From contig NC_068981.1 in the NCBI RefSeq assembly GCF_001194135.2, positions 135,178,458 to 135,242,457 on the forward strand: a stretch of 64,000 nt of DNA, read 5' to 3'. Shown here one piece after another: positions 13,667 through 28,560 of the stretch. This DNA comes from Octopus bimaculoides. Taxonomy: Eukaryota. The position numbers and the translations under genes are program-made. A model generated the notes under the pieces. That model had not been told where the DNA came from and made no database searches. It was given only the letters and a program-made list of their open reading frames with translations. Within the stretch, counting starts at the first letter, position 1. Every line of letters starts with the position of its first letter.

Positions 13667-15256
13667 TTAAGGAGTGCAAACACTTTTCTTCTGTACTATT
13701 GATATGTGGGGGGAAAAGGCAATCTCCTCACAGTCCTTTCCATGATATATTGAATTCTCCCCAGAGAAAAGAATCACATACGCACACACAATATATACTT
13801 GTGTGTGTGTGTGTAAACACACACACACACTGTATGTGTGTCATCGTAATCTTTTTAATCGCTTTTCTGTGCTTGCATGAGTCACATAATATTCCTTGGG
13901 GCACATTTTCTAAGGATAGATGTCTTTGCCGTCACCAGCCCTTGACTGTTTCTGAACAAGGTAATACTTCCTTATACCTGAACAGGTTTCCATGAAAGAA
14001 TAGAAATGAAGGACACTGCATGTATGACAGTGATGCTCATTTACAACTACTATCTATTGTCAAACTAGAGACATACATATAACATACAACTTCTTTCAGT
14101 TCCAGCCTATCAGATCAACTCCCAAGCCTTTGGACGGACCAGAGATATAATACAAGACACATACACACGTGCCATGCAGTGGAACTGCATGATAGAAGAA
14201 ACAAATGTCTGAACCACATGACAGCTACACACAAATAAATGTGTGTGGTTAAGAAGTTTGCTACCCAACAGTTTGGGGGTTCTGTCCCACTGCTTAGCAT
14301 CTCGTGTCTTCTAGTAGGAGACACCGAAGATGCCAAGCCAACCATAGGCCTGTGAATATAAGTGCATGTATCTTTTCCTTGTCTTGACATGTGATGGCTG
14401 CAAACAACCATCAATCATACAAGTAATTTTTGTTTCCATGCTCTCATGAAAAACATGTCTGGCCATCTTATGTGGTAACAAATGAGGGTTGACAACAGGA
14501 AGGACATCTGGGTGTAGAAAATTTTCAATGAATTGTCTGACCCACAAACAAGGTGGTAAATAAAATGGTCACTATTACAAAATATATACACACAAATGTA
14601 TATGTACGTACATATCTATACGCATGCATATATTTGCATATATAAATATGCATATTGTCATCATTATTTAATACCCATCTGGCATAGGTTGACTGTTTCA
14701 GTAGCAATCAATGAGCTGGAGGACTATCTTGAACTTCAATGTCTGCTTAGGCATGGTCTCTCAGGCTGGATTCACATTCTAATACTAACCACTTAAGAAA
14801 CTGTACAGGGTATAATTTTTGTGGCACAGACATTAATGGAGTCACCCATTAACAGTAAGACAAAGAGAGAGTGTAATAAAAAGGGGGGTAGTTCTATGCC
14901 AGATGTTAAGAAGCTAAAGTGTTACAGAGGGACAGCTATCTTGCAGTAGAAGAGATACATGGCTACTCAGCATTATATAAGGACAAGTGGGAATAGCTGG
15001 GAAAAGAGATTTTTAAAAATGGTGACAATTTAGGGCATACCCAAGATACAAGGTAAGCATAAGACAGAAGATAGGAAAGAGTGGATGGGAGGTTGACAGC
15101 TGATTAGAGATGTGAGTAGAGGTGAATGTAATGGATGGTGAATAAAGGTATAGGTGTAGTCAAAGATGAATATTAGTTTGGGGAGGCAGTGAAAGAAACA
15201 AGTACTCAAGAAAGAAAGGCAGTAAGTAGAAAGGATGGAGAGCAGCAGTAAATTAA

Positions 15257-15471
15257 CCCTTTCGTTACTGTATTTATTTTGAGATGCTGTGTGTTTCTCT
15301 CAATTATCTTAGATATAACAAAGAATTTCGTAAAATAACTTAGTTATTATTAAGCTAGTGTTAGGAACAGTAATTGTGACTAAGGTTTGGTGGAAGGTTT
15401 TAATAAAAAACTTATGAAAACAAGACATTTGTACTACAAAGCCAGTTTCAGCCAGGTTGGTAATGAAAGGG
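15257..15471. mobile_element. piggyBac MITE sharing terminal sequence with the 20770 element
   Basis: TTAA CCCTTTCGTTAC ... GTAATGAAAGGG followed by TTTAA; 215 bp, no ORF. Confidence 0.8.
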
Positions 15472-15828
15472 TTTAACTAGCTAAGGATTAGTAGAAGTGG
15501 GTAGGACAACAGTGATAGAGATAGTGGTGAGAGATATGTAAGGGTGGACATAGTGAGTAGTGGACAAAGGTATATGTGCATATACATATGTATATGTGTG
15601 CATGTACACTCTTACACACACATATTCAGGTTCTATCCCACTGTGTGGCACCTTTAGTACAGGTATGCACCAATGAAAACCTTGTAAGTGAATGTGGTAG
15701 AAACAAACTGAAAGAAGTATGCGCTGGACAGTTCAACAGGATCTGATGAGCCACAGGACTACATGATGTCCTAATTTCTGAACCGACATAATTTCTATAG
15801 CTGGCTGTACTAACACCAGCCACTTTAA

Positions 15829-16036
15829 CCATTTAGCATTCAGATTATTCTGTCAAACATAATCCTCATTTACATTGTTTTTTTAATTAATCATGCATTA
15901 TCTTGAAGCTTTGAGATTTTGATGATGTGTTTATTTTTAGAATGACAATGTAGAGGTGTTAGAGGCCAAAATCTGGCCAATTTGAACAGAAAGCAAAATA
16001 TTTGAGCCTGACATGGCTGGTTTAAATACTAAAGGG
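15829..16036 (+). mobile_element. piggyBac MITE, CCCTTTAGCATT-type family, copy 2
   Basis: TTAA CCATTTAGCATT ... AATACTAAAGGG TTAA. Confidence 0.8.
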
Positions 16037-17699
16037 TTAAGGAGTATTGGGTGCTTTTCTTGTGGCACCAGTGTTAGTGAGGTCACCAAGCAACTTACCC
16101 ACCTCAAGTGAGTGGATGGTGCAGTAGAGAGGAAGTGGTTCTATATCATGTGAGAGATTAAATTACAGTGGGGAAAGCAACATGTCTTTATGTAGAGAAG
16201 ATACATGGTTACCTCAGCTGAAAGGAAAGAAAAAGATGGTGGTGTTGGGGTGAGTGCACATCTGGGTAAGTTAGCATGTGGAGAGAGTTGGAACAGAGTT
16301 AACAGTCAATAGTTAAACATGAGTAGAGGCATGCTCAAAGATGTATACGAGTTTGAGGGGAAGGTGAAGAAAATGAGAGGGAGAGAGAGGAGGTGGCAGT
16401 ACAAAAACACAAAAGGTGTAAGGAGAGAGATAGATGGTAACAAAGAAGTGGATATAGTAACAAAGGTGGGTGGCCATCAACTGAATATATGAGTGTTGAG
16501 AATGATAGATATTAGTGAAGAGATGTTAAGCACAAGGTGTAGCAGCCATATGTTTAGAGGAAAGGGAGTGTCCAGTAGTGTCCCAGGGAGTGTCCCATAC
16601 CTTGTGCTCAATTTTTCTCAACACATTTGCACCTTGTAGTACATGCACACTGACACTGCACATCCAGCAGAACAGGCTAACGTCATATCTTTTTAGTCTT
16701 CACGTGTCCTCTGCATCTATGGCCCCCACGTAAATATTACCTTGTTTGGAAACAAGTTGGTGATGGGTAGGGCATACTGTTAAAAATCTGCTTCAATGAA
16801 TTCCCTTTGGCCCATACAAGCAAATATATATACATATGCAAATATGAAATATGCATATATCTGAGTGTATGTGTATATATATATATATATATAGCACCAT
16901 CTGATCATAGTCGATGCCAGCCCCCCATGGCCCGTGTCGGTGGCACGTAAAAAAGCACCCACTACACAGAGTGGTTAGCATTAAGAAGGGCATCCAGCTG
17001 TAGAAACATTGCCAGATCGGACAAGAGCCTGGTGCAGCCTCCTGGCTTCCCAGACCCCAGTCAAACTGTCCAACCCATGTCAGCATGGAAAATGGACGTT
17101 AAACAAGATGCAGACATGGTTGTATAGTGAAGTAAATTTCTCAAATTGAATTTGGGTTGGGTTGCATTCCACAGGACTTTGAGTGAGTGTCTTCTACTGT
17201 AGCAGTGAGCGGTGAATGTGTACACACACACATTATGTGTGTGTGTGTGTGTGTGTGTATACACACACACATATATAAAATTTTAACGTCCTCTTTTCTA
17301 TGTATGCATGGATCAGACAATTCTGACAGATTTTTTTCTCTGCTTGGATGCTCTTTCTGTTGCCAATAGTCAGCTGTTCCCATCATCATCATTAATGTCC
17401 CTTTTTCATAATGTTATGTGTTGGACGATTTGACAAGAACAGACAAGCCAGAGGACTCCACTAGGTTCTGGGTAATATTAACTGATAGACAAACATGCCT
17501 GCAAGGTAGATTGGAAACAACATTTGTATGATGGTGATGCTTGCTTCTAACCGTCATGTGATGTCAAGACAATGACACACACAAACATGCATTCTTTTTG
17601 TTTTCTTCTATCAAATCCACTCAAGAATTTGGTTGGCCCAGAGTTATAGATACTTGCCAATCAAGCAGTGCAACAGAACAAAAAAATCAGGTGATTTGG

Positions 17700-17975
17700 A
17701 ATCAAATTTCTTTCCAGATTTAGTCCCACTGCATAGCACCTTGGCGAAGTGTCTTCTACTATAGCCTCAGGCCAACCAAAGTCTTGTAAGTGAATTTAGT
17801 AGACAGAAACTGAAAGATGCTCACTGTATACATATAGCTATGTATTTGTGTCTTTGTCTCATGTTGGTGTGTATACACCCCCATTACTTAGCAGTTTGGC
17901 TAAAAAGACCAATAGAATAAGTACCAAGCTTTAAAAAAAAAGTTCAAGATGGTGCCCCAGCATGGCCAGTCTAAT
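17700..17975 (+). mobile_element. Decayed SINE family A copy
   Basis: AGTCCCACTGCATAGCACCTTGGCGAAGTGTCTTCTACTATAGCC..GAAACTGAAAGATGC. Further fragments at about 14095-14300, 23785-23975, 25020-25230, 29160-29300, 48605-48850, 56225-56420 and 63925-64000. Confidence 0.75.
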
Positions 17976-18239
17976 GACAAACAAGATACACACACATTTG
18001 TGTATGTGTGCATATGTAAATGCATAAGTGTGTATTTGTATTCCCGTTTTGACAGTTGATAGTTGTAAACGAGTATTGCTATCATACAAGTAGTATCATT
18101 CATTATCAGTCTTCTTTGAAAGCGATGTCCAGTCATGGGTAAATATTATCTTGCTTAAAAGCAGGTATGGGCTGCTGACAGGAATTCATAGAAAATTAGC
18201 CTCAATAAATAGTGTCTGACTCCATGAAGGTGTAGAGAA

Positions 18240-19459
18240 GAGGGTGCAATGGGTAAATTGTTAGTTTATATTTTTAATTTTGTGCATTGCTTTTTATTTT
18301 ATTGATTACACAATATAGTAGGGTCAGTTGAGCACAGTCTGTGAGAAAAACAGGAGCATGATGCAATCCACTCTGCCAGAAATATGGAAGCAACATGCTG
18401 TACTGCTTGGCATTCGCGCCGGAAGCTCCAATACGAACATTTCAGAGTGTTTGAATGTCAATCTCAGGGCAGTGCAGAGGATTCAGAAAGAGTAGGACAA
18501 GTCTAATGGTGATTACAAAGGTACAGCAACTCAGAAAACTCGCTCTGATCATTCTAAAAAGAAAAGAACTGAATTTGTTGGTGGGATCCAGGTCATGATT
18601 GACAATGATCCCTCCAAGTTAACAAGGTCCATTGCCAAGGACATGGAAGTGACAGATTTTCTTATCGGGCAGGTAGTGCATGAAGATATTTAGTATTCCT
18701 CATACAAAATGAGAAAGGGCCAATTTTTATCCCAAGCCATCAAGGACAAGAGGAAAGACCACACTAAAGCTTTTGAACAAACTCAAGCATCCCCTCCAAC
18801 TGAACATGCTTTGGTTTTTCTCAGACAAAAAAAATTTCTGCCAGAGGATCAGATGGTGAACACAACTGTTGGCTTAAAAAATCAAACATCCAGTCAACAT
18901 CATGATTGGAATGATCACTAGTGATGGCGACGTTATGCATCCATTCATCTTCCCATATGACCTCAGACTCAACATGGAGACCTACATCGATTGCCTGGAG
19001 GTAGTGCTACCCTGGGTCAAGAGGGTGGCTGTTGGACTCTGCACCCATTCCACACAAGCAGGAGAACCCAGTCATGGCTGTCGGACAATTTCTGCAATCA
19101 CATCACCCCTAACATCTGGCCTAACTCCCCAGACTGCAACCCCCTTGATTATGTGTGGGGCACAGTTGAGCGAGAGACCAACAAAACCCTTTGTAACACC
19201 AAAGACGAACTGAAAGCAAGGGATTATGGAAGCATTCACCAACTTAAATAAAAGAGACTGTCCAGAAGAATTGCAGGAGATTCCAAAGTCATCTGGAGGC
19301 CGTGGTTGAAGCCAATGATGGTTTTACTGAATAAATTTACTCTTTAATATTTCAAGATATTTTTATGTAATTTTGGTAAAAAAAAAAATAACTGCTAAAA
19401 CAATGTCAGTGTTATTTTCATTTTTGCATAATTTAGACAATGTTACTCACTATGTCCTG
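18240..19459 (+). mobile_element. Decayed Tc1/mariner transposon, DDxD (maT-like) type
   Basis: Fragmented transposase ORFs 18709-19251 including IWPNSPDCNPLDYVWGTVE. Degenerate TIRs AGGGTGCAATGGGTAAATTGT / GACAATGTTACTCACTATGTCCTG followed by TA at 19460-61. Confidence 0.85.
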
Positions 19460-20539
19460 TATACGTACACACACACACACACACACACACACAAATACAT
19501 CAATGTGAATGTTATGCAAGATATAGATTGTCATTTTTTAACATGCCCCCATCAACAAATTGTGTGGTAACCCTGTGCTTTTGAAGTAGATGGGAAATCC
19601 CTTTTCTTGGGTGGGGGGAAAACAGCTAAAGTTAGTAACAGAAAACCAGCTATAAAATTGATACTGCTAATATACTTCAGAAAAACAAGTAAACAAATAT
19701 ATACATACATCCATATAATGTATGTCATATATGTTTGTGTGTATACAAACACGCACACACATGCATGCATGTTATCATCATCATTTAATGTCTGTTGTCC
19801 ATATTGGTATGGATTGGACGCTTTGATCAGGGCCGGTAAGTTGAGGGGTTGCACCAGACACCAGTCTGATTTGGCATAGTTTCTATGGGTGGATGCTTTT
19901 ATGTGCCACCAACACAAGTGCCAGTTGCGTGACGACAGTATCTGCCACGATTACAATTTCACTTGGCTTCATGGGTTTTCTCAAGCACAGCATATTGCTA
20001 AAGGTCTCGGTAATTTGTCATTGCCTCCATGAGGCCCAACGCTTGAAATGTGCTTTTTATGTGCCACCAGCACGGGTGCCAGTTATGCGACACTGGCATC
20101 AGTCACATTACCTCCATACATACATGTTCATGTGCTTATTTGTTAGAGGCCCATCTTAAATGTGCTACCATGGATTGGACAGGGGAGTTACTGGAGGTAG
20201 AATTTTACAACTGAATGCTTTTCTTGTTGCCAAACCATACCCATGTTTCAAATAAGAAAACTTTTAATCACAAAGATCTCCAAGATGAACGTATATATCA
20301 TGCAGCCAGCTTTGAACAAATTTTGATATTTCAAGCAAGATGATATTCCTTGTCAAAATTGACTGGTGGGATTTATATATAACCGTCTTCTTGCAGTATT
20401 CCTACTTAATTCACACCATCCATTAGTGGGCCTGGAAAAATCTACCCAAGATACTGCACAAAACTTGGAACTGTACAAATTTGCAACAAATATCTAAAAC
20501 AGCCATGTTTGTGTCCACATTATAGGTGTACATACATGC

Positions 20540-20578
<39 letters not shown>

Positions 20579-20769
20579 TATATATTTGATATCTGTTTTC
20601 CATGCTGGCATGAGTTGGATAGTTTGACAAAATCCAGTAAGTGGCAGGACTACACTGAGTATTTTTCACATACCACTGGCACTAGTCAGACCACCAAGTA
20701 TTTTACAAGACAAGGGAAAAACCTATACAATTGAGGAAGCGGGCTTTATGCCAGATGCTGAGAGGTTAA

Positions 20770-23276
20770 CCCTTTCGTTACTAGCCCAGCCGTAGCTGGT
20801 GAAAATTTTTTGGTTCATAAGACCAACCTGGCCGAGATTACCCATTGTTATTTAATGTAAATTTGATGCCAAATCTCATTGGTACATTCGTTAAAACACA
20901 TGATTTCACTTTGCAAACAGTTGAGTTATTGTATCCAACATTGTTTGGCGTGATATTTGAACTCAGTGAATTTTTTCTACATTTTTTTTTTTTGGAGTTA
21001 ATTTTTTTCAACTTTGAAAATGGAGAGAAGTTTCATGCTATCAAGCAGTGATTCCAAATTTGAAAGCTTTTCAACAGAAGATATGGAGATATCGAGGGAA
21101 AGAATGAATGAGGTCCAAAAGCACGTGGTGGATGGAAACGAATCGGATATTTCTGTATCCAAAACTGAAAGCAGTGAGATTGACAGCAAGGATGATTTTA
21201 CACCAGAATGGAGTAAAAAGTTTAAAAAAAAAGTTTTTATTAACAATTTTTCTGAGGAGACAGGGTCTACCCATAGTCTTTCTCAGGAAACGAAACCATT
21301 AGACTTTTAAAATTTTTTCCATCATGCTTGTTTGAAGCAATCACTGCGGAAACAAACCGTTACACAGAATGTAAACAAGCTGCAAAAAAAGATAGCTTGT
21401 GGTTTCCTACAACCGTAGATGAAAAACGGGCATTTTTTTGCCATAAATATTATTATTATGGGTATTAGACAGTTACCCAGAATTACAAATTACTGGAGCA
21501 ATCAGGAACCTTTTGACGATCAGTATGTTTCCAGTATTATGACCTGAATGCGATTTGTGAAACTGAACCAATATATACATGTGAGAGACACTAGCAGTAC
21601 CCCAGTACATGGAGAACCAAACTTTGATCCCTTATTTAAAATAAGACCCCTCATTGACTGCGTTCAAAACGCATATAAAACATTTTACAACCCTGGGAGA
21701 TACTTATCGGTCAATGATGGCATGGTGGGGTATAAAGGAAGGGTACGCTTCCGACAGTATATGCCAGGAAAGCCCACAAAATGGAGGGGATCAAAGTTTG
21801 GAAAATTTATGAAGCAAATACTGGGTACTGCTGTGGATTTAGCTTCTGTACAGGGAAAAGAGACAATAATGTTAGTCAGCACAGAGTACGATGTGGTCTG
21901 GAATTTATCACCTCCATACCATAACCAGGCCCGTATATTATTTTTTGACCGATTTTTTAGTTCAGTCCAACTTGCGGTGGATTTAGAAGCTGTGGCAACG
22001 TATTCATGTGCTACAGTAATTAGTAGTAGATAAGGGCTGCCGTTGGATATAAAAAAAAGCAAAATTAAAAAGAGGTGAAATAATCCAATGGCAGAAAGGA
22101 AATCTGCTAGCGACCATATACAGAGTTAAGAGGCAGATAAATTTTCTATCTACCGGTGCACAACCATGTGTAGATGAAAATGGCACCGTTTGTGAACCTT
22201 GATTATAACAGGTACATGGGCGGTGTGGATCGGCTGAACCAGATGATGAGTTATTATCCGGTTGGTAGACCGAGTAATAAATGGTGGCGATACCTGGTTT
22301 GGTATATAGTAAACATGAGCATTGTAAATGCATTTATATTATATACCAAATCAGGAGGGGTTCGCAAGCAGTGCGACCATCTGCAGTTCCAAGCAGTTGT
22401 AGCAACGCAATTGAGGGCAGGTTATTCCTCCAAAAAAAAATAACTGCAGGAAGGAAAAGCAAAGCCTGCCAGAGAGATATCCATCTGAGTTCAGCCGATC
22501 TACATAAATTAGAAAAAAATCTGGGGTCGCAAATAAACTCAACGAAGATAAACTCCCAGTGGACAGCCAGTTGAAACGTCTTTCCAATGTGCATTCTGCA
22601 AAGGTTGCAGTATGTAGAGTGGGACGTTTTACAACTTTCCATGATAGAAATATTGTGTGAATATTATATATATGTACGATTAGATTGTATAAATATTTTT
22701 CAAATTTACTTGAACTTTTTATTTTAATTTACCTGTAATTTTAATTTGCCCTGTAAGGTGAGTGACAAGTTTTGATTTAATTTCTATTGTAAATCTTTAT
22801 TATATATGTTCTTGTGTATTCATGTATGTGTGTGAGTATATTTCATTCAGTTGTATTTAATTTTGTAGTTTTCTTCAAAAACAAATTCTAGTATTTCAGT
22901 TTATTTTACCATATGGTACACCTGTTCTGTGCATTAAATTCAACTGATAATCTAGTGATGTGCACAATTCTTCTATATCAAAATGTTGTTGCATACCTCA
23001 ATTAAATATTAGCTGAGGACTCATTTAAACAAAATTTAAATATTTTTACATTTTGCTCAGTTTACCTGGATTTACCTGTAATTAGTCACTTTGAGACAAA
23101 AATTATGCCATGGAATTAAGAACCCTTTCTTCAATTATGTTCCAAATATCACATTAATATGTTGATAAGTAAAAAAGTTACAGTTGTTTAATGAATATCT
23201 AAATTCATGATTATTTTAGAATTTAATTGAAACTCATGAGGGGTGTATTTTGGTCAGAAATATAGTAACAAGAGAG
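20770..23276 (+). mobile_element. Defective piggyBac DNA transposon
   Basis: TTAA(20766-69) CCCTTTCGTTACTA ... TAGTAACAAGAGAG TTAA(23277-80), 11/14 TIR match. Fragmented piggyBac transposase inside. Confidence 0.92.
21014..22625 (+). pseudogene. Frameshifted piggyBac (PGBD4-like) transposase
   Basis: Acidic N-terminus (ORF 21014-21310). DPLFKIRPLID, SVNDGMVGYKGR..FRQYMPGKPTKW and LFFDRFFSS in ORF 21548-22033. DYNRYMGGVDRLNQ..KWWRYL in ORF 22174-22443. Broken C-terminal Cys-rich domain (QCAFCK..RVG.FTTFH) near 22580-22642. The first catalytic motif reads VND rather than VDE. Confidence 0.9.
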
Positions 23277-24359
23277 TTAAAGTATGACATCGGGACTTGC
23301 ACAGTGTCATGCTATACAGAAGATACAGGGCTCCCACACATTATATAAGGGTGGGAGTAGCCAGAAAGACAGATGAAGATAAGCTGCCAGAGCAAACTAT
23401 CAAAACACAAGGCAATGGGAATAAGAGAATATACAAATGATTGAGGAAGGTGGATGGGTAAGTTCATAAAAATGTGAGAGGAAAGAGACAGGTGGTTAGA
23501 GACCATTCTAGAAATGGGTGTAGTGAGTCATGAATAAGGGTGGGGGTATGTTGATGGGAAATATCAGTATGGAGAGACTGTAAGGTGAAATAGATAGAAA
23601 TAACTCAGGAAGGAAGATTAGAAAGTAGCGAGGCAGATGTACAGTGGCAGAGATAGGGTTTGAAGTATATAAGACTGGCCATAGCGAGTGGAGGAAAGAA
23701 CTGAGGGGGAGGTACATCAATGAGGCAAGTGTGAGACTGATATCTAATTGTAAAAGACGTCAATTATATGCATTTGTCCACATATGTACACACATAAGGC
23801 ACAGGTGTCTGTGGCCAAGAAGTTTGCTTCCTAACCTCATGCTTTCAGGTTCAGCCCCACTGTGATACCATAAGCAAATGTCTTTTTACTATAGCCCTGA
23901 TCTGAACAAAGTCTTGAGTGGATTTGGTAGAAGAAAACTGAAAGAAGCCCATCATGTGTGTGTGTGTGTGCTTAAGTCTGTCTTGTCTTGACATGGTTTC
24001 TGCAAAAATATGTCTGGCCATGAGATACTGAATTATTTGAGAAACAGGTGAGAGTTGGCAACAGAAAGGGTATCCAATCATAAAAAATGTTTCAATAAAC
24101 CCTGTTTAACCCATGCAATCATGACAAAGTGGACATTAAATTGATGACATCCTCCAACCTATTGAACAGTGAGCAGCACCAACATAGTAATGCAGCTGTC
24201 CAGATGCATAACTACATCTGGGCTATTAGTTATTTTGGTAAACTAGAAGCAGGGAAGGGTTAGCAATAGGAAAGGAAACAAGCTAACCATTAGTGTAATT
24301 AATTAGCTTCTTGTAACTCAATACCAACATTGCCATTTACCTCACACTAAACATTCTCC

Positions 24360-24660
24360 ACACCTGCTGCAAGAGAGCTGCAAGATATGAGGACTACCAG
24401 ATAAACTTGCACCTCACCCAACAAAGAGGTAACCCTGTAGCCATAGTGAAAGTAACCTGTCTAGTTTGTTGGGCAATCCATATAATACCAATAGTTTTCT
24501 AACTGGGAATTGCTCTAACTAGAGAAATGAGGACTCCACAAATACTTCCATGAGACAACAAATACAGGAAACAATATAGGGAATGCATTTGTAGTGACAT
24601 GAAATGCATGTATAAAGTGGTGATGGTAGGATAGGCCAATAAATTCAAACCAAAATCGTA
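24360..24660. repeat. Diverged repeat, copy A of the pair with 26905-27205 (probably a LINE 5' or endonuclease remnant)
   Basis: Collinear similarity over about 300 bp, e.g. CCCTGTAGCCATAGTGAAAG, AACTGGGAATTGCT and GTGACATGAAATGCAT occur in both copies. Confidence 0.75.
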
Positions 24661-24892
24661 ACTACATCTGGACTGTTTGTTGTTTTGATAGACTAGAAAC
24701 AGGAAGGGCATCCAACCATAAAAAATGGATGATACACATACACAAATTATGTGTATGTGGTTAATAAGTTTACTTCCCAATTACATGCTTGCTTGTTCCA
24801 TCTCAATGCATAACACAAACACCAACCATCTAAATTGGAAGACATTTTAACAAGCTAAAATTATATATACTAATCTACATAGTATCAAAGCT

Positions 24893-24940
<48 letters not shown>

Positions 24941-26008
24941 TTATTCACACACGCATGTATATATGGACATACAATATGCACAAATATATATTTGTGTGTA
25001 TATATACACACACAAACATCCAAATCTTTTATCTTTTACTCATTTCTGTCAATAGACTGCGGCCATGCAAAGGCATTTGCCTTGAATAATTTTTTAATCA
25101 ATCAATCCCAGCACTTTTTATTTTAAAGCCTGGTACCGAATTCTGTCAGCCTCTTTTGTCAAACCACTAAGTTACAAGGACTTAAAAATGCCAACACTGG
25201 TTGTACAGTGGTGGAGTGGGACAAACAAAGACATATATCATCATCATTGTTTAACATCTGCCTTCCATGCATGCATAGGTAGGATGGTTCACAGGAGCCA
25301 ACCAGGTAGAAGACAATCCCAGGCTACTGTATCTCTTTTGGCAGGGTCTTTACGGCTGAATGTCCTAACACTGACCATTCCGCAGAGTGGACTGTTTTTT
25401 ATGTGGCACTAGCACAGGCAAGGTCAGTTTTGGCTGGAAACCCTTCCAAATGCCAACCACTTTAGATCAGAGCATAGATGTGATTGTAGATTAAAGAGAG
25501 AGATAAATGGTCGCAATTGCTATGGCATGCCCTCAAAATACAAAGGTCATAATATATGCAGTCAAGTATTGCCAAGAAGGTGCGAGTAAGGAGTGGGAAC
25601 TGCCGTGACTGGCAAAAACCTGGGTATAAAGCAGTAATACAGTGAGCAGGGCAGAGGAAGACAAATATAGATAAGACGAGCTTCTTTCAGTTTCTGCCTA
25701 TCAAATCCACTCTCAACACTTTAGTCAGCTCAAGGTTATAGTTGAAGACGAGGTCCTTAAAATCCTACTTAACACTTTTAGTACTGGTACCATGAGAGAA
25801 TGTGTCCCATACACCCTAGAGTGAGATATAGGAAAAGCATCCAGATGTAGAAACAAAACCAAAATGACACACATGAGCACCAGTCTAAAGGAGTAGAAGC
25901 ACCAAAAAAAAAAGACATACTGTGATGACCATGTATGTACAGAAAATGGACAAAATATTTATGTAATGTTCATATATGCATGATCATGTGTGTATGTGTA
26001 TATGTATG

Positions 26009-26068
<60 letters not shown>

Positions 26069-26289
26069 CATACACAGATGCTTTAAGTTGCATAGTAATA
26101 CACACACATACAGCCAACCAACCAATCATAGCCCTCTCTCACAAGCACGTAGCATGAACCATGCTTATGTTAACTGCTTTAGCTGTCTGTCTAGTCACAA
26201 GCAGACATCCTATCAGCCCTGCCACTATTCAACTAAGTGGAACATCTAGGTGAAAGCTTCTCACTGGTTACTACATTCTGTATAGCCAG

Positions 26290-26600
26290 GTAGGCACTGC
26301 TGTGAAAATTAGTCATAAATGGTTTCTCAGAGCTATGCATGGTAGTGAAGTGATGCTGTAAGCAACAAATTTAATGACAAATTCAACAATGGAGGTAGGT
26401 GTTCATCAGGATTCAGTTGTTAGATCTCTCCTGTTAATAACAATTCTTCAGGCCAAGTCAGAGAAGCTGACCACCACAGGTCCATTTAACTCCAGTATCC
26501 TGATGACATAAGTTCTGTCACTGAATTTGAAATGATATTGGAAATGTGGAAGCAAGAGCCTCATAGAAAACCTTAACAAAGGTGAAAATATTGGCAAGAA
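26290..26600 (+). mobile_element. RTE-like LINE reverse transcriptase remnant
   Basis: Translates to VGVHQDSVVRSLLLITILQA (compare GVHQGSVLSPLLF) and, after a frameshift, YPDD at 26496-26507 (compare YADD). Confidence 0.75.
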
Positions 26601-26904
26601 AAACAAGACTACTTTCCAGCATGAATGTACATAAAAGTATGAACTTTATATCAAATGTAAATTTTGAAATTTTAGTTTACAGGAGAAATTTAGCCTTACT
26701 TCATAAAACTGATAGAAATCTAAGAGAACTAGCAAACTCATTTTTGAAGATTATAGATAAACCTACCTCCCATACTGACATATATCCTATCCCAATTAGT
26801 TCATTAGTGTAATAATTAGCTTGGTAAACACCTGTCCTCTTACTCTGTAACTCAAAATTAATGTCTCGTTCTGCCTTATACCATAGGATCAGCCTCATAC
26901 TAAG

Positions 26905-27205
26905 CACACCTGCAAGAGAGCTTCAAGATATGAGGGTTACCTGATAAACCTGCACCTCCCTCAACAGAAGGGTGACCCTGTAGCCATAGTGAAAGCACCT
27001 TGTTTAGTTAGTTGGGCAATCCAAACAAGCCCAATAGTTTACTAACTGGGAATTGCTGTAACTAGAGAGATGAGGACTCCACAAACCTTTCCATGAGAGA
27101 ACAAATGCAGGGAAATATAAGGACTGCCTTTTCAGTGACATGAAATGCATCAGTCTAAAGTGGTGATAGAATAGACCTATAAATTCATGTCAAAATCACA
27201 AGTCA
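26905..27205. repeat. Diverged repeat, copy B of the pair with 24360-24660
   Basis: Same shared blocks as copy A. A GDFNGHVG-like endonuclease motif can be read on the minus strand nearby (about 27370). Confidence 0.7.
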
Positions 27206-27719
27206 CAAATACAATGAAAGAATTCTAATTGCATTAAAAGGGCTGATGCAAAAGTTAGTGTTGCACATGGTAACAGTAGAAACATCAGGCTGTATGTGAG
27301 AATACCTTGATAGTACACAAACAATTGTATCAACTCTTTTCTTTTACAAGTAGGAAACAGACATCAGCCGACATGCCACTGAAAAATCACTTCCCTTCAG
27401 GTCTGAAATTTCAGGGCTACCAGCAACAATGGTGGTCTGATGTTAGATAGATATGGACAGTGAAGAAAAGATATAATTGTGTTGATATTTGTGTGCTGTG
27501 TACACAACTGAAGAGATGCTTGGCCAGATTCCTCATAGGCAAGCCACCTGATCATATAATCAAGTGAAGTCTGAAGACAAATTTCCTTGATATTCATTAG
27601 GAAACAAGGACAGATGATTAGTATTGCACATGGTAACAGTACAACCAACTGGCTATGTATGAGAATACCTCAACAGTCAGCAAACATCCTTTGTGAAGGA
27701 CGTACTAGTTAACATGACT

Positions 27720-28560
27720 AGCATAACCTCAGAGCTAAACAGACCTTGAAAATCAAGACAATCTGAAAGAGGAAGGTGTATAAGCTAAAGAAATCTTTCA
27801 TAGATGGACATCTGGTATACATAGCACACAGCGTAGCTAAAGGAGAAAGATTGACCAATGCTCTGCAACAAAGTGTCCCTGACTACAAAGCAGTGTGTCA
27901 GGAAATTGCGGAGAATTGTATGAAATGATAATGTGGCACTTACCCTTATGTTAAAGGGCTTGGAAATATTTTAAGAGATTGCTGAACAAGAATGCATGGA
28001 AGGGAGATGGACTATACATGTAGATTCAAGTGAGATACCAGTTAATGAAGCTGACAGCTATTTAGCTGAAAGTATGAAAGAAATGATGGCAAGGAAAGCA
28101 GCTGGACCATCAGAAATATTAGTCACAATTATCTTGCCAAATAAGATGTGCTAATCAGTCACATAGTGAAGCAGGTAGTGGTGAGGTATCATACCAAATG
28201 ACTGGCATAGATTACAAACTGCTAGATACTCTACAAGAAACAAGATGGACAGAAGGAATTATAAATATGATTGATTAGAAAGAGAGTGTAGATGAGAAAC
28301 AGTTCAAGAGACAAAAGTTCAGGGAGCTTTGCTGGCAACAAAAGGATCTTAGCATACAAAAGAAAACTGTAAATATGGACAATTGGTTAAGTGTTCCAAA
28401 ATGAAAGGAACCAGCCCAAAAGGAAAACCAAAGTAGATATGGTTAAAGATAATCTCCAGAAACTGAACCATACAGGGGTGATGACAACAAACCTAACAAG
28501 TAGCGAGATGCTGTATGGAGAAAAGACTACCCAACAAACGTGAGCATTGTGGGAGAGTAT
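27720..28560 (+). mobile_element. RTE-like LINE ORF2 remnant
   Basis: Degenerate motifs WKYFKRLLNKNAW, KEMMARKAAGPSEI and GIIPNDW, plus a C-terminal G.PK..W..KDNLQKL-like segment; many stops and frameshifts. Confidence 0.7.
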